From Ascidiella aspersa (taxonomy: Eukaryota), in NCBI GenBank assembly GCA_963924565.1, contig OZ004611.1, positions 21,514,001 to 21,578,000 on the forward strand: 64,000 nucleotides of DNA, written 5' to 3'. Under the pieces are notes generated by a model that saw only the letters and a program-made list of their open reading frames with translations, did no database searches and was not told the DNA's origin. A program made the translations under genes and the position numbers. Positions 43,756-58,000 of the stretch are shown here, piece by piece (positions within the stretch are counted from its first letter, which is position 1; the number at the start of each line of letters is the position of its first letter).

Positions 43756-46700
43756 AACTGAAGTTACTTAAATACAAACCACGTTATTGGTTTCCGTTTT
43801 AAAAACAAGAAACCCTTTGTTATTAAACAAATCTAGCTTTGCGATCCTAACACACAAATTACGAAAAGAAGCCAAACAACTTCATTTAAAAAATGTTTAA
43901 GCGACGAGGTGGCATTTCATGTATTGTGACGTAACAGAGATAGGGAACACGTGCGGAGCACCGACCACTCTTCTCTCACCTTTCGCGCTGCTTATTGCGT
44001 CATAAAGGTCAGCGCGGAATGATGGTTAATTCTGTTTCTTATCCTTTGCGGCGAACGGATTTGCAGTTCTAGCCTTTTAACTACAGCTGTATAAATCTTA
44101 GCCCCTGTATACAGCAGTTTATGCTTGCAAGCGAAAACGCTTTCTGCCTTTAGGATTGCGGAACTCTACAATATTAAAGACTGTTTTTTTACTTATGCTA
44201 GCATTTGTGTCTGATTGAATTAGTAGAAACAAGCATCTTACTAGCATTGTTTTCAAAATCCGTTAAATTATTTTCAAAATAAATAGTAGAAGTCAAATAT
44301 TTTAACATATGGTTAACACGGATTATTGAGCCTATAGTTGTCCAATTATTCCGAAATCCAAAGGCTTTTTCGCTAGTCCGAATCAAACGTGAAGTCGGAT
44401 AATATTCAAAAACAGTAAATAGGGGCTTAAGTCAATTCCCAACCTAATCAAGTCATTTCATTACGACACTGCCGCTAAGGGACTCACACCTCAAGCAGAT
44501 TAAATAAAATTAGTGGATGGACTTAAGCACGCACTACCTGGATTTAGACCGAGAGTCTTTACTCGATTCTTTTAAACACTTTATGCATTTTAAACCAAAG
44601 TGTAAGACTTTATTTGAGCGATTAATGCTAAAATGCGCTGGGGTTTAATTAAATAACGCTGAAATGAACTTGGGTTTATTAAGCGGTAAAATGTGATAAC
44701 TGAAAAGCGTTCCCTTAAAGCCGAAAAAGGCCGGAAACCTTCAAGTTGAAAGTCGTATAGCGCTTGCTTTTTTCACCATTGCAGTGCAAATTTCGCGGAA
44801 AGTGTAGCGCGATACACAACACGTCAGTTTGCGGGAACTACCGCTAAATCCGCTGGGCCAACAAATAAAGGTAATTTTTTTAACGCCAGCCTTTAACGAT
44901 TTCTTGCCACCACCAACCTCACTTATTGCTGCTTCAATTAAGAACGGATCTGCGGAGGTATTGTTTACTTTCAAAAAAGGCGCAGGAAATATTGTAAACC
45001 TGGCCGGCAGGGAAATTGTTACGTCACAAGCGGGATGGGCCAACCGAATATTGATGCGGATTTAACAGGCGCAAGAGGAAATGTACAATTAGCCGGCGCC
45101 TGAGGTAATTAAAATTCTCGTACATTGTAATGTTTAAAAGGAAGCAAAGATGCCCTTTTTGTGTTTGGGTCACACGCTGGAGAGTCGCGTTTTCTCTGAA
45201 AGAAATTTTTTTAACAAACTTTACTCACAAAAAGTTTTACTATGCGGCCATTGTTATGTATAGGTTAATTCAATTTAACGGTTTTGGTAAATTAAACGAA
45301 TCCTACGTTTTCGTGAGCAAATCAACATTCGCCCGTTTTTTTATTTTAAGTTCATTGCAATCCTGAAAAAAAAAATCTTCGAGCCAACGCAAAAGGCGTT
45401 TCTAGAGTAATTCAAAATTGGTAAATGCCCCGATTTTTTCGTTGCGCCTAAAGTCCGCAGAGTTATTCAAAAATGCGTCGTGGAAAGACATCAAGAAAAA
45501 CGTTAATTGGGCCATTTTTTTCTAGAAGAAAAATTGTGGTTTTGACTTAACAGTATATAGGTAATAGGTATGTCTTTCGACATTTAATTCCGATAACCTA
45601 AATTTTAGAAAAAAAAATATATCGCGATCCGGACCGATACCAAATGACGTCATTATTGTGCTCAAACAAGTAAAACAGATGCAAGTAATACGTTTAAAGG
45701 TATTTTATCAAGTTATTAGTCCTAAATGTGCTTCAGCGTTAACAATTTTAGTTACCTCCAGTTGTTAACCTGTACTATTGTTGACATGTTTACCTTTTAA
45801 AGTGGAATTACTGCGGTTAATGGCAAATCACGACTGATATTCCTATATTAACTTGGTGTCGTGTCAGTCCCGATACACCTTACAGCAACGAACGAAAACC
45901 GATACTACCAGTTGATATCGGGTATCGGTTCCAAACCGATATTATCGGACATCCCTACTCAGCAATGGATTAAAGTGCGCAATATAAATAAAGGCGCCCT
46001 ATCGATGGTAAACATCCTTAAACTCCGTTACGCGCAGCAATACAAAACGCTTTGCCCATATTCGCGCAAGTATCTCGTTATTGGTCTATAATCACACGAA
46101 AATAACTTTTCGTCGAGCCGGTGATTTCCGAAGATCGCAATCGCTCTGGTTTCCAGCTAAAGCGCGGCTAATTGCCGGTGACGCAAGCGCTCTACCCTTG
46201 GCCGAATAAACTCACCTTAACGTCAGGTCGCCGATGGAGAAGGGCCGCTCGAATTAGCGAGAGAGCCGTAAGTAAAACACCATGGGAGCCGGATTAACTG
46301 GTTTGAGGCTTTCGACTGGATGCCGAAAAATATCAACACAGAAGCGACCGAAAATAAAATATCGTGAGTGGACTCGTCGGAAATAGGGCCGGCATTTCCA
46401 GCGGAGACGATCTGATAAGAAGCGATGATGATCCCGTTGTTAGGATCACCGAAAAGCGAGCAATCAGTTCTATTGGCGTGTGTCTTTGAGGCACTGGTGA
46501 CTGGTGTTTAAATTCTTTAGAATAGGGATTCTTACACTATAGCACGGTGAACCCCTCAATGGTGCGTGGACTATTTTATTAGGGAAGGCCTATTTCATAT
46601 CTTATACTGTGTAACTTAAAATAAGATAATTTTTTTAAAAAAAGGGAACTTCATTTTAGAAACACTTTACCCTTTGCTTGATTAGTTTACGCCCGATTTT

Positions 46701-48895
46701 TAGTTTGCACCGAATTCGACAGGAAAAGAGCAAGTTTCTTAACTCTATTTGTTTTACACCGTTATCTCTCAAAACTTTATGTTTCTTGTCGACTCTGGTA
46801 TATGCGAAATAAAGCTATTTTTATGGGTCTGTGTTGAAAAAGTTTAAGAACCTCTGCTTTTTTTAATAAACCAGGGATGATTTTGGATATTTGTCGTCAG
46901 GATGTCGCATTTTCCATATTTAATTTTCCGCTTGATTTTTTCAAGGCTAATGGAAGAGCTTGTGCCGAAATGGTTTTAAATAGGGAAATACGTTGATTTT
47001 ATCGAAAAATGTTGCGTTATTTTGAAACTATTAAGAAGAACCCCCATTTTAACTTTATAAATTGCCTGTGCCTATTAAGGTAATAGCTAATGGGTGTTAG
47101 CAAACGTTGTCGCGGCCTTTATTTCTAAACAACACTTTACGAACGCTTTCAGCAGGCAGCGGCTTTCGCAAAAGCGGAATTTCCCGCCAAACGACCACCG
47201 AGCTGTGCTAAAAAAATTAACAATCGCGAAAATCTGCGGCTCAGGCGAATTTTCGCGCTTTTTGTTCTTGAGCGTCTAGGCCGCGACCTAACAATTGCAG
47301 TCGACAATAGTCGCGAGTTTTAAAAACAGCGATTCATGCGATTAAGGCACGCTTTGCGGATAAACTCCGTCAAGTGTTTGTTTGGTTTTGTCATAATACG
47401 GTTCTTGGAAAGTTTTTTTCGCTCTGACCTTTGTCTGGCTATCGTGACCTTGAAGAGTTTTTGAGGAAAACAACATTTTTGTTATTCCGATTTGCGTTGA
47501 AGTACCAACCGAAACCGTTTTATTTGTATTCAAATTCTTTTTTACTAGTTTGGTTGTCATACTGTGACTTCAAAATAATTTCTCCACGAAAGAACCATTT
47601 CACTGAAGTATATGTCCAATGTCCATTCTTTGTCACAAAATAAAACAACCGACTTTTGCACTTTAGAGATGAGTAGTGGGTCGAATAACTTGTTTAGGCG
47701 GACATATTAGCATATCGATTACGATTTAACAAAACATTCGCGGTGATCAACAACACAACCTTTCCGAAGTGCAATTCTTTCAGCAAAATCACAGCAATGT
47801 AATGCACACACGCGATTAATCACGTTGATTACTCAGGCAAACCGCCGGCACCGTGCGTCATGGGCGCCTTGGGCGCAACAAGCAAGACGACCGCGTTTTG
47901 TTTATTAACATTTTGTGGCGCCTTCGTCTGGGCAACGAGGTAAAGGAGAGCAAATTACACCAGCGTTCCTTTGACCGTTTTGCTGCGAACCTTCGTTTTA
48001 CATGAATTTTTTAGTGCCTATAAGTTGTAACTTTAAACGCGGTCCGTTTATTTCAACGTTCTGGTGGTAGCGCCTTTTCCAAGCTGATGGCCAATATAGT
48101 TTTTTCGTAAAACACCACTGTTTTTTCTTAATAAATGTAAAAGAAAAAGCCTTTAAAATACAAAAAACGCAGCGAATTGTAATTAGCCGTAGCAAATTTC
48201 CCTATTTTAGAGATGTTTTTAACAAGTTATTTTGCGCTGATCTAGAATCCTCCCACTTTTTCTTACAGTAACGACACGAGTTGTCAAAATTGAAATTTCA
48301 AGGAAGAAATAAATATGGGAGAATCGATATAATTTTATTACTTGGCCAGTCCAAACCCAAACACTCGCACCCTAACCCAAATAATCTCAGCAATAGAAAC
48401 GTCCGGACGAAAATGTGGTATGATTCTAGACCAACGCCCCGAATTTTGACTGCGTAGATGTTTTTCACCGATTGATTTTCAAAGATTTCTAGGTTTATCG
48501 TCGTACTTAAGGAACTAGGATTCCTTCACACCAATCTCGCCGTTAAAAAATGAAGTCTCGAAGAGCGCCGCCGCTTTCCGTTCGACGCTCGTAAAAGCTT
48601 AAGCAACAAATGTTCGCGCCCGGGTTTACCGCCGGTCGTAAAGCGCACCCGGCAATGCAGTTCGGGCCATAACAACGCCAAGCGGGCCTGGCGAATTGTT
48701 ACGGAAATCCCGAAACCGCTGTTACGACCGCTTTCGAGTGATGCCGACTGTCATTGTATACCGGCTCCTTGAATTATCACCGGAGCTTTTTACGGTGGGT
48801 GGATTAGATTTCGTAAGACAGGCACCTGGTGGCCTTTCGACTGCCCGTTTTCACTACTGCATTACAAATTTTTAAGTGAGTTTTGTATATTTATG

Positions 48896-49374
48896 CAGTG
48901 TTGTGAACAAGTCAAATGACTTAAGTCCCAGTCAAGTCATTTGTAAAATAACAAGTCCAAGTTAAGTCTTTAGCAAAAATACCAAGTCACGTCAATTACC
49001 AGTCCTCGGTTGCCAAGTTAAGTGCCAGTCAAGTCATTATGAGAGCAAGTCAATTTTAAGTCATGTCATTGACATAAAAATAAACTGTTGAACTATTAAA
49101 ATTGGTAAACTCGTCCGATTACGATCAATAATTCCACTAAAAAAAAACACAAACGCAATATACAGCAATAAAAGTGTTTAATGTCAAAAATTTGATTAAA
49201 TGAAAAACACGTAATTTAATCCCTAGTTATTTGACAAAATGACTTAAGTCCAAGGCAAGTCCTTTGTCCAAAAGATATAAATCAAGTCAAGTCATTTTGG
49301 TCTAAGGACTTAAGTCAAGTCAAGTCATTTGAAAACAGTGCGTCAAGTCAATGACTTAAGTCATCACAACACTG
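48896..49374. mobile_element. AAGTC-rich MITE
   Basis: CAGTGTTGTGA / TCACAACACTG termini. Confidence 0.75.
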
Positions 49375-51772
49375 TGTAGCGTTAAAAAATACAAAGTGTG
49401 AATGGCGTTTTTGGTTATTGCTGAAAATTTAATATGCGGACAATGTTAACGCATAGTATTGGGCATTCGGCGTTCTCTCACTGATTTTACAATGAGCGTA
49501 AGTAATTTAACTTTGACCAAAGAGCGCCATAGAGTGTTTATCTCGCTCAGCTAATTTTAAACTCACAGCTTATTATACCTTCGTGGTCCAGCTTTTCTGA
49601 GATTAATTGTCGCTATTTGGTGGAACCCATTTCGTTAATTTGCAGTGACGTGTAAAATTTATAAAACAAAAAACGACACATACGGCACTAACACGCAGGG
49701 GTCTTTTCCCTTTTCTCTTGCGAACAAATCTGTCAAAAAAAACAACACAAAATTGCGACTGAACCGTTTATATTGCGGCGAAAGTCGACACGGATAAATA
49801 TTGCAAGGTTTCCGTTCTGAAGAAGAGTCATACTTTATTTTCACGAAAAGCAACAAAGTGAGACGGTGTGCCAAAGTGTTTTGAGTGAGACGGTGTGCCA
49901 GGACACTAAAAACACCAAAAGATCAAAATGTCAGTGCTTGCAAACCACGTTTTCTATGTTTTGAAGCATTTATACCAAAACGCCTTGAGAAATGACATGA
50001 TTTAATAACTTATGATGTTATTAAAACACTTCCCTAACTTGGCAAAAAAACAGTACAAAACTATCAAAGCCGACGTGTTTTGGTTGTGACTAAACGAATT
50101 CGAAAACCCAAGTTAACACGTAGACTTTAAACGGCGATGTATTCAACATATTAAACTGCCAGCAAAGAGAAACGTTTGCTTTTGCAAGTTTGTGTCCCTC
50201 TGCTAACGAAAAGACAAGCACGACACAGGTACGCTTGAAAAATAAAGACTGCACCTTGGCGGGAAATAGTGAGAGACGTCCCAGACATATAGGAACTGTG
50301 CGAGACACACCATTACACAAACATATATAAACCTATAGCATTGTCGGGCTATTGCACGTCCAAGACACACACATGCGAAAATCGACACATTAACACGACA
50401 AGAAAAATGATCTTAAAAAACAAACTACACGAGACAATACAGCTGTATCACCATGTGAACAATTTTGCCGTGATTTGTCCATTAGGTTTGTGTTGGAATA
50501 CACTTACATCTGGAATTTTCCTGACAACTTCTCGAAATATTGTTTACCTATTTACCTGTTGTAGTTTAGTGTCAGAATTGATCATGCTTGTATTCGAATA
50601 AACTATATAAAACTTTTTAGGATTTAATGAAATTCCATTCTCCCGTTTGCCGAAATTAAAATACAACAAACCTTCTAATTGAACAAGCCCGTGTAATATA
50701 AGACCCTACAACAGCAATATTTATCCTCAAAAAACTTAGATTCGGATATAAAATAATCAAGAAAAAATAAACAATATAGACTAGATTTACCACCGCGATT
50801 GATGTAATAAATAAATTTAGTTCACAGTTTACTTACGGCTTTTCGAGAAATTTGAAAAAAAAAATTTTCGAAAAAGAATTGGCCAAACGTTTTAAAGCCA
50901 AGGCCGGGTTGAAGACTTTGATGCCAATCACGAAATAAATTGTAGCGAATGCATCCAACGTGAATAACAGTTCTTGGTAACGGCACCTTTCAACGATTTT
51001 CTAGTTTTTGAGGCATAAGAGTGTATGAGCTACGGGTGCTTAGCCGACTTTGCTTAAAGGCAAATTACAGACAAACGTGAGAAAATAGAGTTATTGTTTT
51101 GCGGTCGTTGAGCAAAAATTAACGTTGGACAGGTGGAACATTAAGAGATGTAACACACCTACAAAAAAGAATTTACATTTTAAACTGCAAGTGAACCCTT
51201 TTAAAACCTCATGCACAGCCTAGTTATATTTGGCCTGTATTTTAATGAGGGTCCACAAGTTCGGCACTGTACAAGTTTAGTTCGGTAAAGTACAATTTTG
51301 TCAACGAAAACGCGGTTTAAATGCAACTATTCCGTGGCGACTAAAAGGAATCATAATCAGTTCAACGATTTTGTGCAACGTCAAATCAAACGTTCGAAGT
51401 CCTATTTTGTTGTTTTGTGGTGGATTTCGTGTTCGCCAGTTTTGCCAATTTTTTTAAAACAAACACTAAAGTTACCTCAAGGTGAAATGGTTCGCTAGCT
51501 TATCTATCGTTTTTATAACTGTGACGTATACTCCAACGTCGTCGTTATGTGCAACGGCAAACTTATCAGACAAACTCGCAATGTCAAGTACTAACTAAAC
51601 TAAACGATTATTTGACGTTGGACAATTGAAAAACAAATCTGGAATTCGTAAAAGATAAAGGGCCTTACACGAAATCATTGTTTCTTCGTTATGGCCCTTA
51701 TTTATGCAGTGTTGGACCTCAAACCATACACTGCAATTCTAGTTCAGCAGGTTTTTACGAGTCGTCCACTGG

Positions 51773-52001
51773 TCATGAAGTGTCCCTTTGCGACGAGCTG
51801 GCACCGTCCGTGGTTTCGACTCCCGTGTGCCCACTGGCGGACTGCGTATCGCCGTTTGGAGGCGCTTTTAAGTGGTGCCAGCGAGCCTGCGGCTTGTTGC
51901 TCATCAGGTCCCGCCAATGTTCGAATTCTGCGCCGCTCGAGTGGGGGCCGATCTCCAAGTAGCCAATCGCCTCCTTGCGTTCCGCGCGACTGATTTTAAC
52001 C
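51773..52001 (-). CDS. Synaptotagmin last coding exon (VKISRAERKEAIGYLEIGPHSSGAEFEHWRDLMSNKPQARWHHLK...QRDTS*)
   Basis: ccAG acceptor, phase 2; HW...WH.L terminal motif; TGA at 51775-51773. Confidence 0.9.
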
Positions 52002-55000
52002 CTGGTAAAATACATTTAAAGAATAAAAACTTAAAAAGACGATTAAGGACACGGTATAAGCGACTCGCCGTTACACCCTCTATAAAAGCTCCTATAAAAG
52101 AAAAAAATACCTTTCCAAGTAAATTGTAAAAAACTAGTTTGCCACCAAAGTTCGCCAATTGGAAATAATTTTGTATCAGTATTATTTTGAAAAGGTCGCA
52201 ACACTTTTAATTAAATAAACATAACGAAATACACCGAAACGGGTATGAACATTTTGTGTTGCGAGTAATAGTTGTCCTTCGGAAAATGTTCATTTTCTAA
52301 CATATCACTGCCAGCAGCGTTAACCTTCCCTATCCCCAACTTAAGAGATTATATTACGAAACAAAAAACATAGTGGTAATAGTAGGCGTGTTTTTTAATG
52401 ATAGTGTAGAAGTATGGGGGGCATTTAAAGCATGTCCCCCAGACCTTTTACTAATTTTCAAAATAATTCCCTAAGTTATTTATTAGTCATTGTTTTGTTT
52501 AATTATGAGAAGATTAACTAACGTATAAACAAAAATAGTTAAACCTAACAGGTTTAAAGAACCGGTTACAGTTACTGCCGTGTAAGTGTCTGATGTACAA
52601 CTCATTTTAACGTATGACCTTGAGCCGACCTTGTTTCGTCTAGCCCAGGGGTTCTTAAACTTTTTTCACCGCGGACCCCTAAAATTTTGTTTTGTTTCGC
52701 GTCGACCACGGTAAGCAAGAATTTTTGAAAAATGACGTCATAAATTGATGTCACAGTACAAATCGACTTAAGAAATCAGTTTTCGGTCCACAAAATGTGA
52801 AAAAATAGTTTAAATACATTCAGTGTAAAATCGAATTACTAAATTTTTTATTTAGAAAAAATGATTACTTTCTAAAATATACATTAATATTTCACTTTGG
52901 CTTTCACGGACCCCCTAATACTAGTTCACGGACCCCCAAGGGGTCCATGGACCCCAGTTTAAGAACCACTGGTCTAGCCACATGGATACCCTGTCACGGA
53001 TGCCATATGGATTCCATGACTTAGTTGCCCGATCCATTAACGATTACATAGGCACTCACCCGGTTTCATGAACCACGCTGAACTGGATCTCGACTTGGGG
53101 CAGAACATCAAGGGGCACGGCGAAGTTAATCGCTTGGTTGTAGGTGGGATTAAGTGTCCGCTTCTTTGTGGAGGTTTTCTTCTTCTTGAGCAGCGTCCCC
53201 TCGTGGTAGATGGACACCCGGATGTAGGGATCTTTTAAGAAGAAATGCGGTTCAATTATTTATTTTTGAAGATGAACATGCTAAGAACAGTTACTGAGCT
53301 GCTCAGTTTCGTACTTCAGGGCTTTAGTTAGGAGTAATTTGTTTTGGTAAAAATGTGTCTTAACCAACAGTAGTGTTTTTAGTAAAGACGGTTATTTGCT
53401 TTGAGATAATATTATTTCTAAGAACAGTATTCGGTTTTGAAGTTATTAATGAGAGTAAAAAAGTTGATAATTTTTTTGATTGTAATGGAACAACAGAATC
53501 TGAATACATCGAATACCATGCCAATTATTACCTTGACTTTGTATTTCAATAATTCTTCTATGAAACCAAACGCTATTCCTCCAGGTGTAAGTCAGGGCAT
53601 AATTGACAATTTACTATTGTGTATAGGCTATTCACATAAGAAAAGCCATATATAAATATCATTTTTACATTTAGGTCAAATATTTTATATTTCGTTGAGG
53701 TAATTCAATGTTGTAAACAAGTCATTTTGAAATGACTTAAGTCCAAGTCAAGTTTTTTCGAATAAATAATAGTCAAGTCCCAGTCAAGTCATAATTAGAC
53801 GAAGTCGACCTTAAGTCAAGTACTTGTCATAAAAATACAAAGTCAACTGATAAACTTGTCCAACTATGAGCAAATAACTCACAAAAAAGATACCATAAAC
53901 GCAACGTAAAGCAATCAAATCGTTTTATGTGCAAAAATTAAGATAAATAACCAATTTAAAACAAATAAACTCAATGAAAATTTTTCTTTCAACCATAGCC
54001 ATTTGTCCAAAAGACTGAAGTCAAGTTATTTGCTCAGAAGATTAAGTCAAGTCAAGTCATTTGAAAACAGTGACTTAAGTGCACTTAAGTCAAGTCATTA
54101 CAACACTGATGTAATTTTATCGAACTAAATTTACCTGGGGGTTTCTGTTCCAAGTCGATTCCGACTTCTGAAAGGTTTCGCGCTTTCAGCAAAACGACTG
54201 TGAGCTTTTCCGCGCTTGGTAGATAGCCTATTCGGAGAAGCATGTCCCCGAAAGTTTCGATGCCCTCCTGTGAATGTAAAGACGAGCTATTTTTTATTAA
54301 ATAAAACCAATGTTAACGAAATACATATTTAGAAAAACTATAGTTTTGAAAATTTTATAGCAAATTTAGCGAAAAATATATTTAGTTGCAAAACATTTTT
54401 TATATAGCTTTTTCCTCATGAAAATAGTTTGATTTTCACCTATAGAACGATATATTTAATACATTAATAGTCAATATTCATATGATATAGATAAATGTAC
54501 CATCGGCACCAATTCGACGCATAACTTAATGTAGTTTAGAAACAGACGGACTTAGTACGTAATTTTTACGATAAGCTTCATTATGAAAAATAAATTTAGT
54601 TGGTTTATGTCAAAAAATGTTGTGTTTTTATCTAAAGTTTCCTGTGTGAAGCATTGCTGGCCAATATCGCGCAATTTTATTGATTTCTTCAATTGACGCA
54701 AGTAAACTCCCAAGAGGTCACCAACATAGGTGGCAAAATAATTAGGGTCTTGCTGACGTTATTTAACAGACGTGGCAATATAGCGTAACTGCAAAACTTG
54801 CATCATAATTGCCTATTTATCTCACGAGAAAAAGATCACCGCATAATAATTAATGCGAACTGAATATGTAAAAAAGAATATATCTCCTCGCCCTAAAGCA
54901 CGTTAATGACGACAATGACTTCGAATGCAATATACTTTAGACTTTTCTTGTCTCAGTCAAAAAAATCAAATAGAATCTATTTGAATAAGAGACTGATGAT

Positions 55001-58000
55001 GCCGTGATTGGCGTAATATATTTCTCTTTTATAAACTAGAACCTATAGTGACTGATTTTGACTGAGACAATAAAGTCTAAAGTATATACGCATAATAATT
55101 ATTTAGGATTAAAAAAAACTATTATCTTAGCCAGCAAACTGGCAAATTTACGATTAGACTGCATATTTTCGTTAACATAATTTGACTCGGTCGAATTACT
55201 TGTCGATCACTCGTTTGACTAATAAGACATAATTTTAAGAACGTATCAGCTAAAAAAACTGGCTGTTGAATGGGTTTTACCAAAATCAGTTTGCATAATC
55301 AAAATTCGGTTTAAAGTTGCAAACTGTATACGTTTAGTGAAATATCAAACATTTGAACACAATACATACGACTCCGAGGCACAACTTTTAGGCTGACTGA
55401 CAAAAATCCTGACGTCACCTGCTCGTGCGCCTCCAACTTGTGGATTTTCCGCCAGAGGTCGATCCTGGTGTCGAGGTGAAACTCGTCCAGTCGCTGCACC
55501 ACGGTGCCCATGCACTCGTCACGTGAGTGGGGGTCAAAGTTGAAGAACTTGATCTGCGCAAAAAGGGTGGAAAAAAGGCGTTTATAGGTCATTAAAAAAT
55601 GTAAGAAATTTACTTCATATTGAAAAATGTTTCTGAGCTTAACTTATTATGCATGATTTATATAGGTTTAGGTTAAACAATATCGGTTAATGGTAAATAT
55701 CAGAGAAATCAGGTGGCACTATATAAAGACAAATTCGAATCAAATACAATTTGTCTTTATACAGTGCCACCTGATTTCTCTATTTAGAATTAGGATAAAT
55801 ACGGCCATATACAAAGATTGTTAAATATCAGTTAACCATAAAAATAGGACAACCACATGTTCATTATTGAAAAAGGCTGTTACTTTTGCTGTTATAAATT
55901 ATTTAAACTTAAAAAGCTCTTAAAACTGTTTATTTATAAAAACAGATAAAACATAAAATCATTTCTTAAAATCTTTCAGAAATATATATTACGCCTATAA
56001 GGCATCGTCAGTTTCTGCACAAAAACAAACATGTAAAAATGCCAATATTAGTAATTAAAAAGTAAAATACATAAAATAAATGGTAGGATTGCGTATAGGT
56101 CTAAAATCATTAAACACCTGCAGATGTCAGATGCAAAAGCAGCAACTAGCGAAAGGCATCAAAACGACAACGTGAAAAAAACGGAAAGAAAGAGAAAAAG
56201 CAGAAAGAAAGAGAAAAAGCACGCAACTGATAAGCATGTTATCAAACGGTGTCGCAGAGCTATCATTAATGGAAAGCAATAAAACGGGACATAAACAAGC
56301 CCCGGGCCAAAAATTACCTTACGCGTGGTAGTGTCATTTTTTGGATATTTTTAAGATCTTTGGATACGAAGACAAGAATCTTTCTTTTACATTTTATTGT
56401 CCGCGGGAGATCCTTACTTTCTAAAGTGTTTCAACTTAAAAAGCTCTTTGAATTTAACTTCCCAAACTTGCTTCAGCATTAAGAAAGCTACGTCACAAGA
56501 CGCAGCCACTTGTATAAGCAAACAGGTACCAATAGTTGCTGGGATTGCGTGTAGGCGTATAAGGAAAACGTATAAGGAAAGTTATAACTCAAAATATTTC
56601 TTTCTATACACTTTAAAATATTGCCTTAGATTATAACATACCCCCAAATATGTACAAGTATGGCAAAAAATGTACAAATAATTTTAGTATTAGACGAGTA
56701 CCTACACTACACTACCACTCTAATCCCTATTTCGGAATGCACAAATCCCTATTTCGAAATGACGTCATACCTGCACTGTCTTTTCGCGCAGTTCCTCTTT
56801 GGCAACCTCGAATGAGAAGTTCTCTTGGAAGAGGGGGTCCACCGTTTTCCGGTGCTTCTGGCTCTGTTTTTCGTTGCCCCCGGGCAGCACGGTTACCGTG
56901 CAATAAGGGTCGCACAGATCTGCATAAAGCGTTTGATTTTTAATTTGTGTTTTTTGTTAATTAGGTTTTTATGTGCTAGGTATGGACATTGATAGGATAG
57001 AAACGAGGCAGATACCCCATAACCGAGCAATAGTATCGGTACCCGCGTGGGTGGTACAAAAATATTATGTATATTATTATCCAACGTAATATGAATGATA
57101 CACACACATAACAACTGTGATCTAGCCCTTCTGAAGCTGCTTTTTGACCAACGATTACGGCTTATGTATCATTAGTACACCGAAGCCATCACAGACTCAC
57201 CGACCATTTCAAATGACCAAAACGGTATGCATGTCTCCAATAACGTATATACCTGCAAGTATTTTTAATGTCCAGATAGGAGTACCTAAAATATGCCTTT
57301 ATCTGGCCATTAAATATGCTTGTAGTACCACCTAACGTACATGGTAGTCATAAACAAATGGAAAAGCAATGCAATTATTTTTTTCTAAATTTGCAAAAAA
57401 GACGGCTCTGCGTGCGTCTACGCCTAATTAAAACGGAAAAGCCAAGTTAACAAACCAACAACGAAGAAGAACTTTAAAATGGGTGTCAAAGTCAAATCCG
57501 TCGAGTAAATCGACTCATTTAAAAAAGACTGTTCGATACGTACTAACGTACTTGTATCATCAACAGTTAATGTGACGAAAAATGTCTTCAAACTTCACTT
57601 ATAAAAGGTGGGGCGCACTTTTTATCATTAGGAGTTTCTAAACGTTCGGTGCAGCGAAAAGACGCCTGATTTGGTTGTTTAGGCAAAACTTCCCCATTTA
57701 AATCAACAGCTCATCCCTAGAAAGGCGTTGTCAAACCAACTAGATAAGCGGTTTTCAAACTTTTCTAAACATCTTGCCTGGCGGAACCCTTTGCAATTAT
57801 TTTGATATTTTTTAAGGGTCAGTTGATCATGTTTATTGTAGTAACTATAGTGCGCTCACATTTCTTTCTACTGTAACAACTTTCTAACTAATGCGAACGA
57901 TATGTTGAGAGCAGGCAGTAAGCAACAATAGAAACTTTATGAAGTCACAAGAGACATTCCATAAAACGCTATATTATCGATTGATAAAGCATAAATAAAG

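Noticed and set aside
47343-47352. TAAGGCACGC matching the miR-124 5' end
   Set aside because: Match stops after 10 nt with no hairpin; as a target site it is 4.4 kb past the synaptotagmin stop with UTR extent unknown.
48896-49374. AAGTC-repeat blocks as CRISPR or satellite
   Set aside because: No constant repeat-spacer period; bounded by TIRs; eukaryotic context.
50350-50357. miR-92-family 8-mer site (GTGCAATA, minus strand) downstream of synaptotagmin
   Set aside because: A single 8-mer is expected by chance; 3' UTR not defined.
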